Origin: Amphiscolops sp. MND2022
Lineage: Eukaryota
Reading direction: 5' to 3'
Assembly (NCBI GenBank): GCA_964187785.1
Contig: OZ076418.1
Span: forward strand, 54,880,687-54,934,000
Length of the DNA stretch: 53,314 bases
Part shown: piece by piece, positions 34,901 to 45,760 of the stretch
Layout: each line of letters opens with the position of its first letter
How positions within the stretch are numbered: the stretch's first letter is position 1
The notes under the pieces: generated by a model
Database searches by the model: none
Told to the model about the DNA's origin: nothing
Seen by the model: only the letters and a program-made list of their open reading frames with translations
Made by a program: the position numbers and the translations under genes

Positions 34901-36713
34901 CGATCAAGCGAGTGTTATGTGTTTTGGCGTTGATGCGCACTTTCAGTAGTTTGGCAACAGAGTGTTCTACTACCGTGATGTCACTTCCGGAGTCAACTAG
35001 TAAATGTCGTGACACGCCATTGACTTTAACAAGAATGAAGATAAACTTGCAACGACGTCGGAAATGTCAGATTCGCTAGGTCCTTCCATTGCCGCGACTC
35101 GTTTGTGCGTCAGACACACCCCTTGAAAATGACCCTTGCGATTACATTTGCAACAAATTTTCTCTCTGGCAGGACATCCGGTTTTGCCGTTAAGCTTGTG
35201 GGACTCGCACCAGTGGCATCGACGAGAAAATTCGGAACTCTGGACATGAGGCGGTTTGGTCGGAACCTTTGTAACTTTGTTTCGCAGCAGCAACCGCCGC
35301 AACTTTGTTGGGCGGCTTCTTCTACTTCCGCTGACGCAACCGCATCGTTCAAGGAAAATTGCTTCGATTTCTGTGTTGCCAAAGCAAACGCCCGGCAAAC
35401 AGCTTGTTTAGTCGTATCTGAGAGGAGACCCTGGCAAAACGCGTCCCCGATCGTCAGCGAATGTAGCCGGGAAATTGCAAAACTTACAAAACCTGGCATC
35501 ACTCGCCAAGAAAAGCTTTCAACGATTGGTTCGGTTTCTGCTTGAGTGAATACAGTTTTGTTCGCTCCGACAAAACGTTTTTTCCCGCATCAAGTTTTCT
35601 GGTAACGAAATCGATGGCTCTCTCGTATTCGGTTTGCCCTGCGGCTTTCTCTTTTTGCGTCAAAGGTGGCCAAGTAACTTCGTTGTAAAACTTCGCAGAT
35701 TTAGACCCCAGCACAGAGGAGGAACGGATCCATATGATCGGCAGCGTTAGGCTTGGTAACTCGAGAGTATCGTTCGAAATGGCTTAGCCAAAGGTTGTGG
35801 GCGTCCATATCTTCTCCAGTAATTAAGGGACAAAGCAAGGAAAATTTGGTGGCCATTGCAATAGTTCAGCACATTATCCTGTTTAACTAAGCATTTCTGG
35901 AGAATTCAATCCCTCTAGAATCACTAGTTAAATCTAGCAATGAAGTGCTAAATCTGATTGTTGGGTTTTTCTGCGTGAGTTCTTTGACTTGGATCGGCCC
36001 CGTTTGCCTCTCTTTCTAACTAGGTTACACAAGTCAGCTGAGTTGGCTCTTGTGGTTAGAAAAAAAGCCCACTCCAACGGTACAAAAGGATGTAGCTGTC
36101 GTATCTCTTGAGAGAATGCCACTCGACGTCTCGTGGAAAGCAAGTGCTTTTTAAAATTGATTACTTGAATGCCTGTTTGGCGAAGCTCGAACTCAATACA
36201 GGTCGTAAAACTTCTCCGGCGATAGATCAGTGCAGCAACACAGTCTCGGTGCTGTCCCAAATGTTCAATCAATTGAAAAGTTGTCAACGGGCTGTTCCTT
36301 GTGGCGGAATGCAAAGTCACGGTGTTATTGACGACGTCGTGCCAAATCACAATGTTTGACAGCTGGTTGAGTTTTCCCGAATTCAGTTGAAAGTTCAAAT
36401 TTTTCACTTTCGTTCGCAAATTAGGGTTGAACAATAATCCTCTGATAGCTGTGACGTAAGATGCAACCTGCCGTTGGTAGCAAGGTTCACGCTCCTGGGC
36501 TTTTACCAGATTGTCGAGTGACGAAGCTCCGATAAAGCAAACCAAAGAATGGGGATAGTAAAATAATTGAGCTGATAAATTGTGGTAACATCGGAAAGCA
36601 AACGTAAAATGGAACTTCAATTCCACGTATAAATCGTCATCAACTCAATTTGAAAGGACACAATTTACAACCATCAGTTTTAACGTTACTTGAATTAGTC
36701 AATATTACACGTA
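31993..36713 (-). mobile_element. Gypsy/Ty3 LTR retrotransposon with ~140-bp LTRs, inserted in the BEL integrase
   Basis: LTRs at 31993-32134 (TGTGAT...ACCACA on the minus strand, preceded by PPT AAAGGCAGGGAGAG) and 36581-36713, about 80% identical by eye. TSD GTCGG at 31988-31992 and 36714-36718. Gag ATG at 35856 with a CCHC knuckle, protease LVDSGS, RT (DIDD), RNase H (KTDA), integrase after RNase H. Confidence 0.9.
35934..36547 (-). CDS. Divergent SGNH-fold-like ORF (family A) between the 5' LTR and gag of the Gypsy element
   Basis: Open frame CFIGASSL...IRGLLFNP...NIVIWHDVVNN...QLH with a basic tail (RKRGKRGRSKSKNSRRK). No clean ATG seen after the LTR. Confidence 0.55.
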
Positions 36714-36718
36714 GTCGG

Positions 36719-39700
36719 ACACTGCCTCGATATGTATTGCTTTACTTGCAAAACAGACGAAGAGTGCCATATATGACTTGACAACATTCCGTGCCAATTT
36801 TCGACATAGTAACGGGCCTGCAAAGTCAATTCCCACACCTTCGAAAGCCTTTGTTGGGACATTGACACGTTCTTCAGGTAGATCTCCCATTAAGGGGTAC
36901 TGGGGTTTGACATTGAATCGATTGCAGCCGACGCAATTCGGAACTAACTTTCTTACAAGTGAACAGCAGCTTGGGATACAAAAACGAGTGCGGATGTGCG
37001 CCATCACTTGTGTTGTTCCTCCATGAAGTGTCGACAGATGAGCGTTTGACGCAACCTGTCTGGCTTGATGACTACTTTGCGGAATCAAACGCTGATACTT
37101 GTTTTCGCCAGGAAGGTTAGCGTGTGTGCTATTCTTCCGCCCACACAACGTTTGCTATCGTCGAGGAAAGGATAAAGTTTCAAAATTTCACTTTCACTTT
37201 TTACTAGAGGGGTTGCTTCCAGAGTCTTCATTTCTTCACTGTATGCCTTGCGTTGTTCCTGAGGCAGTAATATTATTGTCGAGTCGACAATTTCACACTG
37301 GAGACGTGGGTTCGATTCCTCGACAGAGAGCATCTTGATCGAGAGCAGCGGAAGCGTGAAATGATATTATCTTTTCCATTTTCTGTTCTTCGAGAACTTC
37401 GTCGGGAAAAAAATGTTGAGGGAAATATCCGGTGATAAACCAGTCAGGCCCATTCCACCAGTGTGCCTGGATTTGCCTCTGAATCAATGCCCCGTGATGC
37501 AGGGTCGGCTGGATTGTCTTCAGATCTTACGTGATTACTCCAAATTGAATTTTGGCCGGGAATTCGAGGGCCCCGGTTGCTCATGATTGTAGACCAATGG
37601 TTTGGTTCACGCGAAAGACAACTCAAAACGATTGTTGCCATTCCAGGCGTATTGAGGTCCAATTTGAACGTTGAATTGATTGATGGCCTTCAATGTTGAC
37701 TTGAGAAGGCGCGCACCGAGAAGGGCCGCGCAGAGCTCTAGACGTGGGATTGATTGAGATTTAATTGGGGCTATTTTTGTTTTGACCACCAGAAGAGACG
37801 ATTGTGTATTGCCGTCGGATGTTGAAGCGTCTGCCTTTTCGGAAGCATCACAGAACATGTGAATATTTACCTTTTCTGGAAATTCATCAAAGAGGACCAG
37901 TCGTTTCAAATTTATTTCGTTCAGAGAAATCAACTTCCGATCGCCATCCGAGGTATGTATTGACTAAGTGGTCGTGGAGCTTGTCATCCCAATTTCCGCT
38001 GACTTTTCAAGTCTTCTGGATTATCTGCTTGAGCTGCATCGTTACAGGAGAAAGTCAACCGAGCGAATCAATATTTTTAGGAATGCCACTCAGCATTTGT
38101 CGCTTTGTGACATTTTTCTTTTCGAATGTGCCTTCTTCAACATGAGCAACTTTGAAGAGGAAAACTCGGGGGGTAGAGAACGAAGGAGTGAGTCATCACT
38201 ACATGTCCATTTTTGAAGGTCAAATTTAGCCTGCTTCAGTGCCTGAATCAAATCATTCTGTAATTTCTTGGCTTCTTCAACATAATTGGCTCCAGTGAGT
38301 ATGTCATCAACATAGAAGTCTTTTTATATTGAGATTCGAGCTTCAGGAGAATCTACTCCAAGATTTGCGCACTCGACGAGTGAGCAAATGACGTGGTAGG
38401 AACTGCTTGCGACACCGTAGGTTACGTGTGTCATCTGGTAGGTATCGATTGGTTGCTGCCTGTCGAAACGCCAAAATATATGATGATAGTCCTTATCGTT
38501 TATGCAGAGTTCCACCATAATTCATCTTTGCAATGTCGGCTGAGTTGGCAATTTTGAAGAATCGAAACCTGAGCAAAATGTCGAAGAAGTCTTCCTGAAC
38601 CTTCGGACTTACAAGTAGACATTCGTTCAGAGGGACGCCTGTGGTTGTTTTCGAGCTGGCTCCGAAAACAACGTGCAATTTTCTCGTCGAGCTGTCTCCC
38701 TTCAGTACACAATGATGTGGGAGGTAATGGTTTGGGAAAACATCCAGTTCCAGGCTTTCTACTTTTTCGAGGTAACCAAGGTCGAGAAATTCTTGAATGA
38801 AAGCTGCGTATTTCTTGAGGAGAGACTCATCTCGATGCAGAGTCTGCTCCAAGCAAAGAAATCGTTTCATTGCATTTGCTTTGCTGTAGCCAAGCCTATG
38901 TGATTCCCCCTTGATTGGCAATTGGAACATTTGGCATTTGGCATTGCCACAAATCTTCCGTCGGTGAGTAGTGGAAATCCGTTGGTGGAAATCTTCCATT
39001 TCGTTGAGTAGTGGCTTTGTAATGCTCTTCACACTTTCGCTCTTCAGCAGTCAAGTGTTTTTGCTCGGGGAAGCTTTCTAGTTCCCAAAATTTTGACAAC
39101 AACTGGTCTGAGTCTGCTTCAGAAGAAATTACCAGATGTGATGTGATGGAGTTTGCATGCGAGGTCTCGACTGGACAGGGTACAACCCAGCTAAAAATGG
39201 ATTCTCTTAGATAAAGTCCAATGTCTTTGATTCTTATCTCTAGGAGGATTTCTTTAACAACATCGGCTCCTAAAAGTACATTTATATAGTCTGCAATGTT
39301 GAACCTCGGGTATGCTAGATTCAGATGGTTGATGTGTCTCATTTGTGAGAAATCAATGTCCCGAAAGTGTATCCCGATGGCAATTTTTGAAAATAGATGC
39401 AAAATGACAAGAGTGCCCGCATTCTGATTGGCTTGCCACTCTCATTTCGTACAGAGACAACTACAGTGGAGAGAAGTACTGTATTGTTTTGAGTATCAGT
39501 GTTCAAATGCCCTGTTGTGAACATAGAGTTCGAGTCTTCGTGAGACGCCAATCTACTTCTAGCTTGAAAAGTGTTTCTCCCATTAACACCAACTTGTGGT
39601 GGATTGGAAGGTCTTTGAGTTCGATGGAGCAGCGTGTGGGGCTTCATCTTACATTCGCAGCAAGAGAACTTGGACAGGCAATCTTTCTGAGAGTGATCAG

Positions 39701-40322
39701 GTTGAAGACAATTAACACAGAGTCTTTTTCCTTTGACGAATTGACGTCGATTGGCAATTGACATGGCTTTGAACCGAGGACAAGAATTCAACTTGTGATC
39801 CTCACTGCATTTTACGCACGATGAGCTGGAAACACGGGGGTATGATTGCAGTCGTTTATCAGGCCGTTGGGCGTTTTGAGTTGAGTTTACTTGACTTGAT
39901 GGCTTAGAGCCACCATTCACGAGTGCACGTCTTCGAGTGTCGAGGAACTTCGAAAGCTGTTTCCATGTGGAGAGGTCTGTTCCGGGATGGTCCTGGATTT
40001 TCAGTTTGCTTGAATTCTGGCTCCCATCGTTTGTAGATGTACGTGGAGAGTTCCCCGTGGCTTCTGATACCCTTTTATAGTTGTCAATCAGTGCTGACAA
40101 ACGTGCAACAGTCACACTTGCGTTGTGATGGAACTGTGTCGAAAGCTCCATGTCTTGAGACATTTGATCATCATCATCGAGAAGTATTTTTATCTCAGCG
40201 TCACAGCGATGGATGACTTGGAACTTGTCTTTGAGCGTCTTTAGAAGTTCTTCGGCTTCAACCAGTTGATTTGGCGTTGGAATCACAGTGGTTAGGAAGT
40301 CATCCACTTTCTTTTCGAGCAT
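36719..40322 (-). mobile_element. BEL/Pao retrotransposon 5' part (gag, protease remnant, RT, RNase H, integrase N-terminus)
   Basis: Gag with CVKCSEDH..SC and CVNCLQPDH...C; YLPHHCV, ADIAKM, YVDDILTG; FCDAS...IPRLELCAA; NPADPASRG; GIDFAGP...HIEAVSD. Decayed, LTRs not found. Confidence 0.92.
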
Positions 40323-40808
40323 CGTAAAGGCACCCTTCTGCGCACCCCAAACTCTTGAAATTCGTTTTCGGTCAGAAAGTTAAGGATTGGATGGATGAAT
40401 GGGAACCGTCATAATCGAATATGATCAACTTGTAGAGGCGGACTAAGACAGTGACTTTTTTATAGCTAAAAGCCATTCGGGAATCAAACTTTGACAGTAA
40501 AAAGACTGATGAAGTAATCCGACGTCACAAGCAGTATATGAAATGCCTTTTCTGGAAGTAGTCTTGATGCCCATAGCTACTGTGAAAAAGACCTGAGATA
40601 GCCGGTGGAACCTCAAGGTATCCTTTAGCTACTCAGACACACAAAAAGGCAAAGTTTAAACTTTGAATTCACTCAGCGGAACCTCAAGGTACCGTTTAAG
40701 TGAAGGCAAAAAATGAAAACTCTAACATTTAAACGTTGTGGAGTAGCATTTAACCAGTTATTGCATGGTCACTGGCACTCATCTCTTTTACACTCAAAGA
40801 TCTTGTCA

Positions 40809-41332
40809 TTACCACGTTTGTTCAGCTCCTTTTTGTAGTTTTTCTATAGGATTTTTTAAACTAAAATTTCTAAGAATATTGAGACCGTCTTCGTTGAGGT
40901 GTATGGCGTCGTTGTGATAGAAAAAACGGGCCCCAGTGATAAATCGGGCCACAATTGGATACCTCAAAGTAACAAAGGGCTGGTCTTTGGTCTTGCGCTC
41001 ACCTACTGATTGCAACAAATCGTTTACTTGCTTCGAACGTCTTTTATTTTCGTTTCGTCCAGGTATGCCAAGAACGTAAACTACTTTGGCACGGTGGCAC
41101 AAGAGGTTGGCAAGATCTATAATCTCGTGAGCCACTTATCTTGCAGATGTCGCAGTTTGTTTTTTGACAAAAATACAAGTAGTTTCCCCCGACAAAAAGA
41201 ATGATTCAGAAAAATCCTTAGGGGAATAAATTTGTAGATGTGCCGGACACAAGCACCAAAGAGAAAAAGTATATTGAAGTTTCCTGCTTCCAATTTCCTT
41301 GCCTGTGAGTCGGCAATCGAAAGAGTTTTCAT
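40809..41332 (-). pseudogene. SGNH/GDSL esterase-like ORF (family B), frameshifted
   Basis: MKTLSIADSQAR (block I Ser), GGND-type block III (clear as FVGGNDL in copy 2), VYVLGIP, and DAIHLN (block V DxxH). Confidence 0.75.
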
Positions 41333-43440
41333 AGTTGGGGTTCTGTAGACAAAATAACGCGATTGTCTAGATGCAGACATTCAGAAACCTACCAAAATGG
41401 TCATTGGGACAAGGGTATTGGACATTTGATCAAATATACAATGCCAACTTTTCTTGAAACAGTTTCAAAAAATAATTTCGCAATCAGTTGTTTTATGTTT
41501 AATTTGGCAAAAATATCCACATCTGGAATAAACTATCGTAATGAAGTTGTAAAATCTCACTATTGTTCAAATCTATAATATCGTAAATTCAAGTTTCAGA
41601 ATCTTCTCATTCAGTATGTCAATAAGTTCTTATTGGAACGAACTAACAGGTTTTCGAAGATGGGTAAACATCTTGGGTCGGTAGTCGTTAGGTGTCCGGG
41701 GAGGTCGGCGCACCGAAAAATGGTTTCGCCGATGCTCAGTTGTAACAATCACGGACTCTTGCTTTCTTCATTCCAGCGGACCATCCTGTCCATACAGGAG
41801 AAAAACCATAGTTACAAAAAGAAAATCCTTAAATTGAGTCATTCATCTGTTGAATATGCAAAATAATAAAGATAATTGTCAATGGAATTGAAGACATAAA
41901 ACACGTCATAATACGTTCTGACATATCGAATCATATTTTGAAAGTTGCGAACAACGTCTGCCAGACGTTCGCAATTTGATTTGGTTTTTAATTTTTAGGT
42001 TTATAGGAGGTAATGAGGTAATGACGTCTAAGGAATTACGTCTAAAGGTCCATCGGGAATAATGTTAAAAGGAATAGCATCTGAAGTGAAAGTTTAGCAA
42101 ATAACTTCTATCAAAATGGGAATTACGTCTGAACAGAGGAATAACGTCTAGAAAGAGTATTAACGTCTAAACCTGAAACACGGGAATAACGTCTAAATTA
42201 CAGAAAAACGTCTAAATAACGAAATGTCAAAATACGTCTCAAAACCGGAATAACGTCCAAGTTACATAAGAGCACTACTGCTGCTACTACAAAAAACGTC
42301 TGAAATACAGACAAATTGTCAACATACGTCCTAATAACAGGAATAACGTCTAAAATTGGGAAAATCTAAGTCAATCAAGATCTAAAGCTATAAAATGATT
42401 CGTATAAAACGTGTCTCGAATACGTCCCCATTTCCTCTAGTGCCCCGCGGTCCCATCTGGCTAACCGAGTTCGAACAGGAGCAAAGACCTAGCGGGAACA
42501 GAGATCGCGAAGCAATCGTAGTGGAAGCTGGTCTTCGCGACGGTGAGGGCAGCGTGGATACACCGGATATGCATCGCATTAGGTGGGTAAAGAATAAAAT
42601 GTGAAAACGTAATAGTATCCAAAGGAATAATATCTAAATCAACCCCATCACTCAAATCGACATGCATGAGGCTGTTCTGACCAATCATACGTTTTACATA
42701 TTATTCCTGGTCCCCTTATAAATATTTAAGGCATTCACAAAATTATGGGATATGGCATTAGGCAAAGTGCCGTCCAGATTCTATTCAAGGTAATTTCAGA
42801 TACTATTCTGCTTTTCGAAGTTAAGCATGTCAAATATTGAGCTTCTTATTCGAATTAAGGGCACCGTAAACAAGGATACCCTTGCCAAGACTCATTATTG
42901 GGTCAAATCAGCCATTTGGTGTGAAAACAATCAGAAATTGATGTAACGGCACCCTCTGATCAACTAAATTTTGACACTTTTTCTGAAAAGTTCGTTCGAA
43001 ACTGACGCGGCACCCAAGCATGATTTTGGCCAAGTTCCTGTCAGCAGAAAGTGTAAAAAGACGCTGAAAGAAACCGCTCCGCAAGAGATAACGTGACGAG
43101 CAGGTAGAAAGACCAGAAAAACAACTCAAATCAGCAAATCCACGGTGTTTTTCTGCTGTAATTATGGTTTTAGCAGGACTGAAATGGAAAAAAGCTTGAC
43201 AGCTTGAAGACTGTGACCGTGCCAAGGGGTTGTGCCCAGCTGGGACGCTAGTGCCCTGCCGCTCATACACCCACTAACATTGCCGAACTGGACTTCGTTA
43301 TCCTAATTTGTGTATTTCGTTATAAAATTAATGATAAGCCCGAGGGCTATTTTCTAGTTTGTTGCATTTACTCAGACTGCCACTGGAGAAATTCAGTTAC
43401 CTACAACCTTGTTGTTTTTACGAGCTATCTACGCGGTGGT
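40941..43440 (+). repeat. Tandem duplication unit 1 (~2.5 kb)
   Basis: Starts AAATCGGGCCACAATTGG, ends CTACGCGGTGGT, and is immediately followed by unit 2. Confidence 0.95.
42020..42356. repeat. Array of ~12-15 (GG)AATAACGTCTAAA motifs with variable spacing (second copy 44521-44835)
   Basis: ACGTC(T/C) core recurs every ~12-55 nt in one orientation; resembles subterminal repeats of a one-ended TIR element. Confidence 0.8.
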
Positions 43441-43834
43441 AAATTGGGCCACAATTGGATACCTCAAAGTAACAAAGGGCTGGTCTTTGGTCTTGCGCTC
43501 ACCTACTGATTGCAACAAATCGTTTACTTGCTTCGAACGTCTTTTATTTTCGTTTCGTCCAGGTATGCCAAGAACGTAAACTACTTTGGCACGGTGGCAC
43601 AAGAGGTTGGCAAGATCTATAATCTCGTGAGCCACTTATCTTGCAGATGTCGCAGTTTGTTTTTTGACAAAAATACAAGTCGTTTCCCCCGACAAAAAGA
43701 ATGATATCAGAAAAATCCTTGGGGGAATAAATTTGTAGATGTGCCGGACACAAGCACCAAAGAGAAAAAAGTATATTGAAGTTTCCTGCTTCCAATTTCC
43801 TTGCCTGTGAGTCGGCAATCGAAAGAGTTTTCAT
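43441..43834 (-). pseudogene. Second SGNH family B copy, truncated by the duplication breakpoint before DAIH
   Basis: IADSQAR...IILFVGGNDL...VYVLGIP, ending at the unit junction. Confidence 0.75.
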
Positions 43835-45760
43835 GGTTGGGGTTCTGTAGACAAAATAACGCGATTGTCTAGGTGCAGACATTCAGAAACCTACCAAAAT
43901 GGTCATTGGGACAAGGGTATTGGACATTTGATCAAACATACAATGCCAACTTTTCTTGAAACAGTTTCAAAAAATAATTTCGCAATCAGTTGTTTCATGT
44001 TTAATTTGGCAAAAATATCCACATCTGGAATAAACTATCGTAATGAAGTTGTAAAATCTCACTATTGTTCAAATCTATAATATCGTAAATTCAAGTTTCA
44101 GAATCTTCTCATTCAGTATGTCAATAAGTTCTTATTGGAACGAACTAACAGGTTTTTGAAGATGGGTAAACATTTTGGGTCGGTAGTCGTTAGTTGTCCG
44201 GGGAGTTCGGCGCACCGAAAAGTGGTTTCGCCGATGCTCAGTTGTAACAATCACGGACTCTTGCTTTCTTCATTCCAGCGGACCATCCTGCCCATACAGG
44301 AGAAAAACCATAGTTACAAAAAGAAAATCCCTAAATTGAGTCATTCATGTGTTGAATATGCAAAATATTAAAGATAATTGTCAATGGAATTGAAGACATA
44401 AAACACGTCATAATACGTTCTGACAAATTGAATCATATTTTGAAAGTTGCAAACAACGTCTGCCAGATGTTCGCAATTTGATTTGGTTTTTGATTTTTAG
44501 GTTTATAGGAGGTAATGAGGTAATGACGTCTAAGGAATTACGTCTAAAGGTCCATCGGGAATAACGTTAAAAGGAATAGCATCTGAACTGAAAGTTTAGC
44601 GAATAACTTCTAACAAAATGGGAATTACGTCTGAACAGAGGAATAACGTCTAGAAAGAGTAATAACGTCTAAACCTGAAACACGGGAATAACGTCTAAAT
44701 TACAGAAAAACGTCTAAATGAAGAAAAGTCAAAATACGTCTGAAAACCGGAATAACGTCCAAGTTACATAAGAGCACTACTGCTGCTACTACAAAAAAAC
44801 GTCTGAAATACAGACAAATTGTCAACATACGTCTTAATAACAGTGTCGTATAAAACGTGTCTCGAATACGTCCCCATTTCCTCTAGTGCCCCGCGGCCCC
44901 ATCTGGCTAACCGAGTTCGAACAGAAGCAAAGACCTAGCGGGAACAGAGATCGCGAAGCAATCGTAGTGGAAGCTGGTCTTCGCGACGGTGAGGGCAGCG
45001 TGGATACACCGGATATGCTCCGCATGAGGTGGGTAAAGAATAAATTGTGAAAACGTAATAGTATCTAAAGGAATAATATCTAAATCAACCCCATCACTCA
45101 AATCGACATGCATGAGGCTGTTCTGACCAATCATACGTTTTACATATTATTCCTGGTCCCCTTATAAATACTTAAGGCATTCACAAAATTATGGGATATG
45201 GCATTAGGCAAAGTGCCGTCCAGATTCTATTCAAGTTAATTTTAGATACTATTCTGCTTTTCGAAGTTAAACATGTCAAATATTGAGCTTCTTATTCGAA
45301 TTAAGGGCACCGTAGACAATGATACCTTTGCCAAGACTCATTATTGGGTCAAATCAGCCATTTGGTGTGAAAACAATCAGAAATTGATGTAACGGCACCC
45401 TCTGATCAACGAAAATTTGACACTTTTTCTGAAAAATTCGTTCAAAACTGACGCGGCACCCAAGCATGATTTTGGCCAAGTTCCTGTCAGCAGAAAGTGT
45501 AAAAAGACGCTGAAAGAAACCGCTCCGCAAGAGAAAACGTGACGAGCAGGTGGAAAGACCTGGGACGCTGGTGCCCTGCCGCTCATACACCCACTAACAT
45601 TGCCGAACTGGACTTCGTTATCCTAATTTGTGTATTTTGTTGTAAAATTAATGATAAGCCCGAGGGCTATTTTCTAGTTTGTCGCATTTACTCAGACTGC
45701 CACTGGAGAAATTCAGTTACCTACAACCTTGTTGTTTTTACGAGCTATCTACGCGGTGGT
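43441..45760 (+). repeat. Tandem duplication unit 2 (~2.3 kb; lacks about 130 bp and 50 bp relative to unit 1)
   Basis: Starts AAATTGGGCCACAATTGG, ends CTACGCGGTGGT; about 95% identical to unit 1 by eye. Confidence 0.95.

Noticed and set aside
42020-42356. CRISPR-like repeat-spacer appearance
   Set aside because: The repeat is only ~10-14 nt and degenerate, spacing is irregular, there are no cas genes, and the context is eukaryotic.
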